This document shows, piece by piece, positions 25,601 to 37,613 of a stretch of DNA of 64,000 bases. This DNA is from Leptogorgia sarmentosa (taxonomy: Eukaryota): contig OZ210884.1 of the NCBI GenBank assembly GCA_964658305.1, positions 4,960,001 through 5,024,000 on the forward strand. The letters run 5' to 3'. The notes under the pieces were generated by a model that was not told the origin of the DNA, did not search any database, and was given only the letters and a program-made list of their open reading frames with translations. Position 1 is the first letter of the stretch. Every line of letters starts with the position of its first letter. The position numbers and the translations under genes are program-made.

Positions 25601-27740
25601 ACCTACTCAGCCACAAAGTTTGCTCTACAGGTCAGTATAATTATACCCGAATAATTTAATGTACCATCAACTGTTTGTATTGGTTGCAGAAAAATCCTTT
25701 TCCAGCCAAAGTAAATGTCTTATGAATAAATTGAGTTTTCAATTGTTTTGTGGAGTATTTTATACTCGACCTCTGTTCTACTAAAACAGGTAGATTACTG
25801 GATTTTTACGAACTGATAGTAGATTAGGGCTTCGCTCTCATCGAATATCACCATCACATAAATTAAGAAACCTAATTGTTACCAACTGTCACCAAAATTG
25901 CTACTAATTCGTTTTACCTGGAACTAGCAGATGAATACTAAAAATTATGGATGTTTCTGTATAATTTGTTGAAAGATTCATTTGCTTATTCCATTCAACG
26001 AGGCTATAGCCCATTCGCAAATAGAAACATTCAATATATTTTTTATAATACATTTTATCAATTAATCGTCTCAAACACCATTCAGAAAAATTTATATTTT
26101 ATGTTAAAACTTACATTTCAGTTATATTTCAGTATTTCGATCAGATTTTCTTCTGCGCCTTCATTTCTCAAACGGAAAACCCAAAAATGTGATGGAATAA
26201 ATCGTCACGATGTAAACTATAATAATATACATAACATTATTATACTCGACTGCGATTGGTTTATTTCAGTTAATCAATTGCACTCTTGGACAATGAAACT
26301 TATTATCACCGACCAGATTAAACGATCACAAACGATCATTAGCTTTCCTAATTTGAGTATTTTCGTCATCTTCAACTCTTCTTTTAACTATTCTGTATTC
26401 TTTTGACAGGGATTTTTCTCTGCCTTACGTTCTGAGATTTATCAAAATGGAATTGCTGTCTCGATTGTTTGTCCTGGACCCATCAAGTCAGCCATAGTGC
26501 AAAATGCATTTTCTGAGAAATGTGGCGAGGCATGTAGAAAATATAACATACAATAGCAATATATCATTATTTATTATATTTATTATATTTAAGTATTTAT
26601 GTTCAATCACAATGTGTGCATTAAGCCCAAAAAACGTCTTTCTTGCGTTCAGCAAACTGATTTAGCCATGCAAATAAATTATTCCAGCTTTATATTAGAA
26701 TAAATTTCTATCTATAGACAAGTTTCTGTCATCGTGAGTTTCTGCAAAATTGAATAAATCGAAATTTAAACAATGTTTCGTGGCGAGATTCCAAACTGCA
26801 TGCATTATTTCTTCCGAAAGGAATAATTGTTAATATAATTATTTTATGACTGAAAATCTGGTTGTTTATTAAGGATTAATAAATATTTCACCGTTTTTCT
26901 CACAGAGTGTCAAACTTACTGCTTTTGAAAAGGCAGCATCGCACAGAATGGAAACAGATCAATTTGTTGAATATATGGCGATTGCGATGGCCAATAAACT
27001 AGACGAGTGTTGGATCTCACCTCAACCTACATTATTCGCTGTGTATGGTTCACAGTATATGCCAGTCACTTTCAATTGGTAAGGTTATCGATTAGTATGA
27101 AAATAACTTTACAGTACTTTTGGACGGGAAAAACATGTACTGTAGTGTATTATCGAACAAAATCTTTAATGTTCCAGTTGTCCTAACGTTTTCTTCCATT
27201 GTTTAGGATTATTAAGAAATATGCTTTGCAAATGGAGAGAAAAAGACAAGAAGAAGGTAACCATAAAGTTAACATGAATCGTAGCGCTGTCAGTAACATA
27301 ATCATCACTTTGTCAATGGTGGTGCTTCAATGTGACGGTTAATTAGGTTGCATATATAGAAAACGACAAAAATATTATTAATATACAGGGGCCGGTTGTA
27401 TCAAAGGCGTTTAGCTTAAATGGTGAATAAGTAAAAAATATCGGACAACTTTATAAACTATAGACTACAAGCAAACTAAACTTTTCTGTCTAAACATGAA
27501 AACTATGCTTAGAGCAACACATTAAGTTGATAAAATTTAGGTTCAATTATTTACAAAACGAATAGTGGTGTTTTTGAAATTTTGCTTATTCACTGTTTCA
27601 GCTAAACGTCTTTGATACAACCGGCCCCAGCTGAGATGAATACCGCACGCTGATTGCTTGATATTTCAAAGCTACGTACAAAAGAATTGACTTAATCAAT
27701 TTGCCTGTTTATTCCATTGATAGGCAAGAAAGAAAACTGA
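22680..27740 (+). CDS. DHRS7: Short-chain dehydrogenase/reductase DHRS7, 8 exons, ~329 aa
   Basis: Exons 22680-22944, 23715-23839, 24852-25044, 25584-25630, 26410-26529, 26906-27078, 27207-27256, 27724-27740. N-terminal signal anchor, VWITGASSGIGE, ILVNNSGRSQR, catalytic YSATK, CPGP, MANKLDECWISPQP. The last exon is inferred; read-through of exon 7 stops at 27342. Confidence 0.9.
23882..24152. mobile_element. Degenerate TIR element in DHRS7 intron 2
   Basis: Imperfect inverted ends (ATAGACCCTACCGGAAAA..AACTCCAAAGC..GCTGAATC versus GATTCAGC..CAGAGTT..TTTCCAGAAGAGTGTAT). Confidence 0.4.
27389..27627. mobile_element. Harbinger-like MITE with CAG target-site duplication
   Basis: CAG|GGGCCGGTTGTATCAAAGGCGTTTAGCT ... 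AGCTAAACGTCTTTGATACAACCGGCCC|CAG; near-perfect 28-bp TIR. Confidence 0.85.
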
Positions 27741-27805
27741 AATGCTGGATGAGAAGACGTGACCAGAATGTTGTTTATACGCTTCTGATATTTACGCGAG
27801 CTAAC

Positions 27806-27980
27806 GCGAATCATGACATCACAGCATAAGCGAATCATGACATCATAGCATAAGCGAATCATGACATCATAGCATAAGCGAATCATGACATCATAGCATA
27901 AGCGAATCACGACATCGCAGCATAAGCGAATCATGACATCATAACATAAGCGAATCATGACATCATAGCATAAGCGAATC
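27806..27980. repeat. 24-bp minisatellite (~7 copies)
   Basis: Unit GCGAATCATGACATCATAGCATAA repeated in tandem with few substitutions and no spacers. Confidence 0.95.
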
Positions 27981-28157
27981 AAAATCACACGTTGTTATCA
28001 TTTAGATAATCAATTACAATTTCCGCCATAAAATCCAATCTATATTCCCTCTTCACTCAATTCTCGGCCTCTACACTACACTCTATACTACACCCATGCA
28101 TGCTTTGAACACGGCATGTGATACATATTGGAGTAACCGCATGGAAGACAGCGTTGC

Positions 28158-28463
28158 TTGTCAGCCGGAAAAACTTTACTTCGTCAGCCGGAAAAACTGG
28201 AAGATGTGAAGGAATTAGCCGCAGTTGTTAAGGCGTCAGACGACGAATCCCCTTGGTATGATCGGTCTGACATCGGGGAATCCGAAGACGAAAACAGGGA
28301 GAGTGAAGAAGTTGACGAGGATTCAGAGTCGCTGAAAACAGACCCTGTTCTGAGTGATACTGGAAATGATGAACATACCAACATCATATGTGAGGTGTCA
28401 GTTCATCATGAGAATTGTTACCCATTAGATTTATGGTGTATTCTGGCTAACTATAGTCTATAA
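28158..28463 (+). pseudogene. TMEM183-like gene fragment (no ATG; stop immediately after the conserved motif)
   Basis: An acidic tract is followed by YPLDLWCILANY, resembling TMEM183 YPMDIWLLLASY (from memory). 16-bp duplication GTCAGCCGGAAAAACT at the 5' end. Confidence 0.55.
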
Positions 28464-28465
28464 CA

Positions 28466-28660
28466 AACTGTCTTAACAAAGTCCTAACACCACCTTTACG
28501 AAGTGTCCTGGAATCCGAATTGCAGAGATGGTATCATGGGTTGTGTAAACCACCTGATGACATTGACAAGCAAGTTTTTCGAAGCATAAAAAAGCACTCC
28601 CGCCTTCAAAACTTCAACTAAAATATGAAAACATCAACAACAACCACAAAATACGCAAGT
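28466..28660 (+). pseudogene. Frameshifted fragment of an anthozoan N-terminal domain seen on NACHT/NTPase-type proteins
   Basis: CLNKVLTPPLRSVLESELQRWYHGLCKPPDDIDKQVF(frameshift)HKKALPPSKLQLKYENINNNH; recognised from memory of octocoral predicted proteins, not searched. Confidence 0.45.
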
Positions 28661-29254
28661 CAGCAGAAGAAAGCGTGAGGGACTGTCTGTGAGACGTCGA
28701 AGATATAATCCGACGAAGATTGTTCGCGACCGGTCTTATACAATTATTCAAAATCAAACAAACGCATTGAAATAAGCACGTTTTGTACAGCCATGTGTTC
28801 TACTTTACCTTTAGACGTGCCTAATAAAGCAAAGATCTTTATTGCTCATCTCTCTTCTGCCTTCGAATTTGTAAAATCGTCGGGTAGATTTTCTAAACCT
28901 TTCTTCACATGGACTTTCTTCTCCTCCCAGTTTCATCTGTGCATGGTTAATTGTGAGCACCTGAGTGGAAATGCTTCTCTTAAACCTACCTCGTGGAGGA
29001 CTGCGTGAATTTCATTGGTCGACTAATCCTGCGTTTTTGATTGGTCAACGGCATATGTTGGCAATTCTTCATTGGTTCAATTTTTATGTAAATTTTTCTA
29101 TTGAACGGTGGCGGATACAGAGGGGTGAAAAGGGTGAAATTTCACCTCCCCTTCCTGCCTCAACCATAAACAAGTATAGGAAAAAACAGCGATATATTAA
29201 GTAAAACGTCTTCAAGATTATAGTGCATAGTTATGAAGGCCTATTATACAAGCT

Positions 29255-29495
29255 GTAGCCAAGGCGTCTCTTTTGGCTTTGCAATAGCTCTTCGGGAAGT
29301 CATCGTGTTATTGATCTGTTTAATTGCTGTGGCCAGGCGTATGATACAACTGCCTGGATGAATTCAGATCTGCCAGAGAGGAAGAAAGATCGTTTTCCTG
29401 CCTACGACGACTTGCAATGCATGGATACGCACTTCCAATCACCAACCAGCAAAAGCAGCTGCTACCGGCTGGAATTCATTCCAACATGCATGTGT
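29255..29495 (+). pseudogene. Possible relic of a large DNA-transposon protein
   Basis: Frameshifted pieces ..LFG/SHRVIDLFNCCG.., YDDLQCMDT and LLPAGIHSN recall a G-S-x-x-x-I-x-x-L-N-x-x-G..Y..DT..LP..I motif of uncharacterised invertebrate transposase-like proteins. Confidence 0.3.
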
Positions 29496-29681
29496 GTGAT
29501 TTCCACTCGATGCTATTGTTTCTTATGTGCATTAAAAATCAATATACAAAATATACTACAAAAACGTCGTATATTAGATGTGGTCATTTTATTACGATTG
29601 GATTTTGAATTCAGTTTGTATACATTTTTTCCTGAAATTTACAAAATATAGTTATTATACGATATTTGTCAAAAACGTCCG

Positions 29682-32600
29682 TTATTGATTCTGATCATTG
29701 GAGAGTGGTATAAATCCTTTCCCATTGCAACGATGACAGTGCGTGTTGTTCTTTCTTTTTCCGCGAATGTGATCAATACAATATCTTACAGCAGGCTTAA
29801 TTGAGCCTTTTTCATCTTCTTGTGGTCCAATGAGGGCAAGAATGGTGGTAAAAAATAGCAAGGAGAAAATAATAGAAAGTGAGATCGTACAGAAAATGAA
29901 GATGCCAAATTGAAAGAAGAATACAATTTTTGCTGCCAGCATAAAGACAGAGGCTCCGAGCGTCGTGCAAGCTCCAGATAGCACTGAGATGCCAACATGA
30001 GTTAAAGTATGGTGAACTTTCGTCAATCTGTCTTCACCAACTAAGTCCATGTAACCTTCGGCCAAATGAACAACATAGTCGACGGCAAGGCCAACAACCA
30101 AGGTTAGGTTAAGAGATTCCAGAACTCCAAGTTTCCATCCGATCATTGTTATTGTTCCAAGAACACAACACGTTATTAGTGATATCGTAAGCGAGGCTAG
30201 TGCTCCTACTATGATGTTTGTTGTTGCCATAACCAACACAGCGAAGGAGGATACTAATCCAATTAAAATACCAGTTATTGCACTCCAAACTAGAATCTAA
30301 ACGAAAAAATAATGAGTGAAATGAGTGACTTTTGTTAAATCTAAACATATGCCTGATACTTTTCCTAAAATGTGGCACCTGGCAATGAGAATAATGAAAA
30401 TAAGCTGCAATTTTTTGGAGTATGTTTTCTTGAGTTTCGAACAACGTATTCTGAGTTTCAAGATGATCTGCATGCATTACAGTCAGCATGCATTAGCCGA
30501 AGAAAAAGTTACATTTGAAATCTTGCTTTTTGTTTAAACCAAGACTCCAATCATTTTGCGTTGGCTCTACAAACAATAAACTCCTAACTTTTCTTTCTCA
30601 AGTTTCTCAATCCTCAAACACATGCAGTTTTGAGGAGAATGGCTATTTTGTTCAGGTAACAATCAGAGAATTATATATTCATAGTTTATATATTTTGAAC
30701 AAATTTTGTATAGTTACCTCTTGAACTTTCAGCCAGTGCCATACATTGTTATATCCAACAGTTGCTTGGAAACCATTGCAACAAGAAGGTGGCATTTCTT
30801 TCATCTGAACGATATTTACATTAATTAGCTTAAGGCCTGTTTCATCTAAATTTGACACAACATTTTTATGATGACAGCATAAAGAATATTCCAAAGACCT
30901 CAACCTATTTAAGACATCTTCCTGAACTTTCTTAACTTGTTTTGTTGTGTAGATATTGGCCAATCTTTGATATGCAATGGACCTTTCCTCTTTTAAATCA
31001 TAAATTTAGTAAAACTGTCAAGTTGGTTACAAAATATCATAATATTTTTGAAATACAGGCATTTAAAGTTTGCTAATTTTCTACACGGCAAAGTGATGAT
31101 CACATTCCAAATCTGATTGTCACTTCGACATGAGTAATACAAAAGTATACAAAAATCGCATGCACACTTTAGTCTTTAAATGACTGTATTTTCCACATTT
31201 TACGTTATTTTGCAACGGAATTCTGCTAATTTGAAAGTTCTTGTGAAAGGGGAAAAATCTATAGCAAATTAACATCAGTGGCGTAAATATTCACCTGTGC
31301 CCCCCCCCCCCCTGTTGAAGTGATGTGGAGGCCCCCTTGATTATACCTCTTAGCTTCACATTTTACCATATGCTAACACTACGAATTAAATATTGTGCTG
31401 AATTCTGCATATTTTCGGACAACATATCATAGCTATTTAATATTTCCGCTACATCATGCAATTATACCCATGTAAACACGCCAAAAAAGTTCAATGACAA
31501 CAATAAAAGTTAGTTCGACTTACAATATATTTTTACTCACATGTTCATTAATAAAATCTTCCCAAGCATGATAAATGGGCAATCCTTCTTGATAAGCTAT
31601 GGCTGTGGGGTTTATTGTTGTGTTTAGTGCTATTGCCAAAAACTTGAGACGATGCCCATACTTATTGCCTGAAAAAAAAATCCAGTTCAGTTATCAGTTT
31701 TTGGTTGCTTCCAGGCCTAATGCTGCTCATTGCAAGGATTTAGAGGCTGTTTATATGACCCCGCTCACCCGGGATCATAGTTTATGATTTGCAGACAGTG
31801 TTGAATTCCTGATTGCTTAAGATTTTGTTCTGTTAAAATCATTATGTCAAACAGATAAAATGTTGTTGGGCATTGAACTTTTTTAAAATATATCTTTTCT
31901 ATTGATCAGTACTATAGAAGTGTCCTAACTTTGGTTGTTTCGTTTCATAAAATGACTCATTTCGATACCTCAAAATCATTTAACGCTTCATTTAATCCCG
32001 GGTAAGTGGAATCATATAAACAGCCCCTTAGAACGAAGACGCGGATATCATGGAGGACGTAAAAATGGTGTAGTGTGTAGTCTTTGACGTCGCGTCGTAT
32101 TTTGTAATTAAATCTATCTTATATTTTCAAGTTGTCTTCGACGTCTGTGTTCCTCGATTTGTCATTAGTTCAACTTGACCAAATATTAAATTTTATTTAT
32201 GAGCTTTCGGTTAGCAGCCCGGTAACCTTCAACGGATAGATGATTATTTTTTGTCATCTATCCGTTGAAGGTTACAGACTGGTAACCGAAAGCTCACAAA
32301 TAAAATTTAATATTTCGTCAGAGAGCGTTTTAGATTCTTCACTATGTTTAATCCTGGCCGCGCATCTTCTATTTTCTAGTTCAACTTGTTAAAGAAATCC
32401 CTTGTTGAAATCCCAGGCACAACATGCAACATCGTTCAATCTTCTTCTCTTTCTACAGGTAATATTGGTACAGCGGTTCTGAGTGGTTGAAGAAGAAATA
32501 ATTGACTGATTAATTACCTTGCATGATATTCTTATGTCGTCCTGAAATTCCTTCATCCAAAGACCCCCCAACTAGCGGACTGTACACTTCAAAATCATAC

Positions 32601-35600
32601 GAATTCGCATATTCTGGAGATTTGCCATCAAAAATAAAGTAGGCAAGAGCAACTTCGAAAAATCGGTAATACGTATCAGGCAATAAAGAGACGTTGTATA
32701 GTTGAGGGTTAGCAGCCATTAGTGGAATAATCTTCTCTCCACTGGTAGGGAGGGTGAAATCAGTGCCTGGCGGGTATTTTGTCTTGTTACTTTCACTCTG
32801 CAACCATTCATCCATTCTGCTAAAAACACACTGTGTTTCAACTTTGCCTGTGATTTCACTACGTCTCAACCGCAGTTTCTTTTCTTGCTGACTGGGCAGA
32901 TTTTGCAATTTCTCACAGAATTTCTAAAACATAAGGGAAAAGACAAACCAAGTGATAAATACAAACACATTTTCCCCAACAAACGCAGCTATAGGTGAAA
33001 AGAAAACAATGGTTATTGATGATTGCCTATTGATAGTACCAAGCAATCATTAATGTTGTTCTCGGAATATGAAACTGTTAACTGTCTTAGCAGCAAACGT
33101 TAAGGTTAAACCCTCAATTAGTATAGGAAATTACGAAGTATTAATGACATTATAGGCGTGTTTTTCCCTTCGTAGGACCTTGCTCGAAATGTCGAATCTC
33201 TTTGCACCGTCTCATCATAGGCAGTGAGTAGACCTTTGCTGCTTGTTGACGTTCTTATCCGCTACCTACACTGGCCACATATTGAAATGTGTAGCTAGGT
33301 AATGTTTACATTCCGGCCACAGTTGAACGTGTTTATAGCAGTCAACGCGCGTCAAGAAATTTACTACAATAATATTAAGTCTCCGCAGTACCATGCACAT
33401 ACAACAAAGCGTGTTTTGTTATGGAATGAAATATTGTCCTAAAAAGCTAGTATAAAATTTTATTTCTTTTCCAATACATGTGAATTAGCAAGAACCATAA
33501 AAAAGTCGTTTGGCTGTATTAAAACATACAAAATATGAAGATACATGTGCTCATAGAACGGTAGACGCCCATGATAGTAGCAGGATGCCATTCCACTGCC
33601 CGATAACATGAATAAGAAGAAACGTCATAAATTATGAAGATGAAAGTCATGATTTATAACTTACCAGTAACGCTGTCTGGCATGGTGGTGGATTTACGTC
33701 AAAGCTATCGTCAAAGACTGTTCTTCCTTTACATTTGTAATCCGTCATGTGGCAATCACTTAGATCTTGTTCCTTTAATCCCCAGATGATATGAACGGCC
33801 AAAACATCGTCTTCTTGACTGGCCAGAAATGCAGTTTTTCTCATGTCATCAACTTTGCCCCAGTTTGTGTTTTTACCAAACACTTGAACCTGGTTAACAT
33901 AATAAAAGTTTATTAGTAATTAATAACAGATGTAGATGTTTACCGAAAACAACGAATGAGGAAAGTTGCGTTATAAGGGATAGAGATAGAGACTGGGATC
34001 AAAGAGGAATACCATCGTGTAACTTGTAACATGACGATATTACCAAAACATCAACAACCTGTTCCCAGTAAATGATATCTACCGCAATCGCTGTGTCTCA
34101 ATAAAATTATTGTCAACAGTGTTATTGCAATTGGTAACGTCTATAACAAGACTGTAGCAAACTGTTGACAACAATATTTAGTCAATCATAAAGCATAGCA
34201 CGAACACTGAGTTGATATCAAGCAAGAACAAGTACTATGAGTACTATAGTAGTTGCTTTTTCATTTTTGGTTGTGTGATAATAAGACTCCACTCGATGTT
34301 GAATACACGTATTTTTAAATGTGTCTTAACGAGCTTTACGTTTGCCCATCCTCGTTTCACTGCTAAATAACGATTCATTGAAGGACCTCACTACAAGGCA
34401 TTACCTGATCTTTATCTGGTCCCAGTGAAGCCGCAAAACCCAAGAAGACACAAACCATAATAACAAAAAACGACAGGACGCCCCACCGTATGTGTTTGTG
34501 TGTGATGACATTTTCATAAAACCAACCACCAAGAAATCTCACAACAATATTCCCTTGATTGTTCACTGTCGTGGTTTCATTATTTTCCGTTTCCTCTCCA
34601 ATCTCAGGCATTTCTATTGATCGACGAGGATTGGCGCGTTGGTACATTGGCCAGAAACAACAACGACCTTTTCTTCTCTGTTCATGAAAAATGATGACTG
34701 TTGGCAAGAACAAAGTGCAAGAACAGTAATTTACTGCAACCAATATAGCTGAGAAAAGGCCAAAAGATGAAACGGCAAGTAGTGGTGATTGTACATTAGA
34801 TAGGAATGCAATAGTGGTTGTAAGGGAAGTAATAAACGTTGCTTTTCCAGCGGTCTTTAACACAACAGATAATCGAGACGCAAGATCAGAGTTCGGGTGG
34901 TTTCTACCATGCTCCTTCCAAGTATCCATGAAAACGAAGATGTTATCTGACCCAATACCCAAGATGATAAAGATCGCAAGGACGTGAAATATGCCAAAGT
35001 ACTTGTAGTCAAAAACAACACGGTAGATGAAATTTGCAATGTTGAAACTGGAAATTATGCTGAAAATTCCCCACGATGTGATCCAAATGGAACCCGTCTG
35101 TATTAACATGAATAGAAATATGAACACAAAACTGGCAATAGCCAGAGCCATGTCATAAACGACTTGTGATTCCATCGCTTTTAACAACAGCGGAAAACAG
35201 AAGTAGTAGAAATTCATGTCACCAAGTTTATCTTTGTATGTTTCTTCTAACCTCTCAGCGTAAAGGTCAGATATCTCCTTGTTTAGCCTCTCTCTTTGAT
35301 CAAAATCTCTTACTTCTGTGGACTTGTATCCTTTCAATGGCCAGCCAAAATATAACAAAGATCTTGTGTATTTTGAAGTTGCCATATTTCTATCTTTGTC
35401 AATGACAGCGTCCCTTCCGATATGAAAATTTAAAATGGCTGAGGTGAGTGTGATGTTTTTTGCTTTTGTTAGGACCGTGACGATATTGTTAAAATCTGGA
35501 TCTTCAAAGGTCGCATCAATACTTTTGTAGCTTCCGTCGAAAAATCGTATGATGGATAGCGGTCGTTTGCATACTGTAATTTGCCTTGAGGCAATTGTTT

Positions 35601-37613
35601 GCATTTGACAAAGTTCACTTTTGTATTTTGGATCATTAAAAAGAGAGTCCTCGTTTTCTTTTATTTTCAAGAGGTTTTCTTTCGTGAATACATTTCCACC
35701 CTGAGATTCGTAAAATAATTCCAAAGGCATGTAAAGAATGCTTCTTTCATTTTGGCCAGCAGTTACAGAAGAACTTGGCGTGATGGAATCATCAGTATGA
35801 GCGGTTTGCCAAGCATCTGTTCGCAATTTTGTCGAGTCTTCATTCAGGGATAAAGGTAGTGTGGCGAAATCTGGCTTCATGATGTCATAGCCACTGAGGA
35901 GCAATATCACCGTCAGCAACAGCATAAACATGTGGACGCCGATCCCAATACCTCAAATGTGACAAGAGAAAATGTAATGTAATAAGCAGATTTGGAACTG
36001 ACAACTGAGAAAAGTATGGCCTTTCAAAGTTTTGGAAAACCGGACTGCCGTTGAACGAACTCGATGAATTAAACTAGGGATCCAAGGATAGTGCAAAGTT
36101 TCTAAGGCCCGTTTCATACGTCGAATTTTGGTCGTATCGAATGCAATTGCATTCGATGCGACCAAAATTCCACGTTTGAAACGGGCTAAGAAGACATTAA
36201 AATCATATTTGGAAAATAATCACTATTTTATTATCGGAAAGCAACTGGCAGTCGCAGCAGCGCGCGTGTTAAAAGCAAATCAGATAAATCTCTGACCTCT
36301 GACCGTTTTAAATTACACACACATCGTGCTGATACTTCTGCGTCGTAATAAAATATCCAGTTTATTCACAGTATCAGGCCAACGTTAAATTTACTTTTGT
36401 ATGCCTGTATATGGTTTAGTTCTTTTAGTATCGAAAATTCTGTAAATCCCCGGTATGTCTGGTAAACAAACAACCGCGAGGCCGGAAGACGGGAAGAGTC
36501 GAAGACGGCGAAAACAAACACGAAAGCTATAAATGCGAAAGCTCGCAAATATATGTTGGCTTTGACAACCATATTAACTAAATACGATACAAAATTATGG
36601 CTATCTTGTTATGACGAGTTCTACTGTGCTACACATCTGAGTTTGCCCACTATTTGCGAATTGCGATGGCAATGTCGGCCAACTAAATGTTTTAATATAA
36701 TACGCACGGCGGCAGTTAACATTAGCTATTTTAAATTGTCCATGACGAGCCAAATACAAGTTTTCTACTAATAATGATAATAAATTCAAATCTCTAGATT
36801 CATTGCTGATATATAAAGAACATTTTAACTGCTTTATCAACGTATTCAGACATTGGCCACATTATATTATCATCATACTGAATTACTTATTCACGGCCCC
36901 ACTCTTAGCGTCCGCCATATTGTGTAATTTCATTCCCCAGACATGTGCTGAGTTGCAATTTTTGCAAAAACTGAAATTCCGGAGGGGCTTCCGCCATTGT
37001 GTACTGTATAATGTGCGCTTCTTTGATCACATTTCTCATCTAACTAACTTTCGTATCGATGAGAACAACTGCAAATAATGATAAGCAATGATTTATAACT
37101 GCAATCGAATCATTTTTGTTGAAACATTCCATGGATATCAGTCAACTACGGTGTTTCCCATATCAGAAGAATTTGGGACGCTCCCCCCGGAGTTTACACT
37201 ATGAATGAATCGCTGAATAGCTGAATAGCTGAATCGCTGAATCGCTGATGTGAATTTTCGCCCCTCATCACAATACTGCAAAGTTAAACTTTGCACTAAA
37301 AATGAATTTAAAAATACTCGAAGGCAAATTTAACGTGCCAAAAAGAAGATCGAGGTACAAGTTAAAGTAGACTTCAGACTGCAATCAAAATCTCACTTTA
37401 TGACGAAATCTGATCAGGAAAATGGAGCCTTGAAATAATGGACTTACCAAAAACCCTGCTTGAGTGTGTCACAACAAGTTTTGCATACGCAAGAGGTTTT
37501 TCTTTTTGCTCTTGTTCATTTTCAAACGTTAATGGTGTCTCACTTTCACTTTGTCTATCCATTTCAACGTCTTGCGATGTTTTTTCAATCTTATCTAGAA
37601 TTTCATCTGGCAT
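29682..37613 (-). CDS. Dispatched/Patched-family RND membrane protein (Dispatched-like), 7 exons, ~1057 aa
   Basis: Exons 37613-37448, 35951-34405, 33889-33665, 32923-32518, 31668-31541, 30804-30718, 30296-29682, in phase (3174 nt). Sterol-sensing-domain motifs LGIGSDNIFVF, ATFITSLTTTIAF and second-half VVGLAVDYVVHL, GISVLSGACTTLGA, FFFQFG. Confidence 0.92.
31743..32027. mobile_element. Harbinger-like MITE with TTA target-site duplication
   Basis: TTA|GAGGCTGTTTATATGACCCCGCTCACCCGGGAT ... ATCCCGGGTAAGTGGAATCATATAAACAGCCCC|TTA. Confidence 0.8.
32176..32320. repeat. Foldback palindrome (~145 bp) in an intron of the Dispatched-like gene
   Basis: AAATATTAAATTTTATTT..GAGCTTTCGGTTA..GTAACCTTCAACGGATAGATGA is mirrored across a ~10-nt loop. 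Confidence 0.85.
36106..36186. mobile_element. Tiny palindromic MITE with TAA flanks
   Basis: TAA|GGCCCGTTTCATACGTCGAATTTTGGTCG..TGCAATTGCA..CGACCAAAATTCCACGTTTGAAACGGGC|TAA. Confidence 0.75.
36591..36685. repeat. Dispersed repeat; second copy at 53042-53136
   Basis: A 95-bp block AAAATTATGGCTATCTT..GACGAGTTCTACTGTG..GAATTGCGATGGCAATGTCGGCCAACTA is present twice with few mismatches. Confidence 0.8.

Noticed and set aside
27692..27988. Repetitive ORF (IRLCYDVM)n or a CRISPR-like array
   Set aside because: It is a translation of a 24-bp tandem minisatellite; there are no unique spacers or cas genes and the context is eukaryotic.
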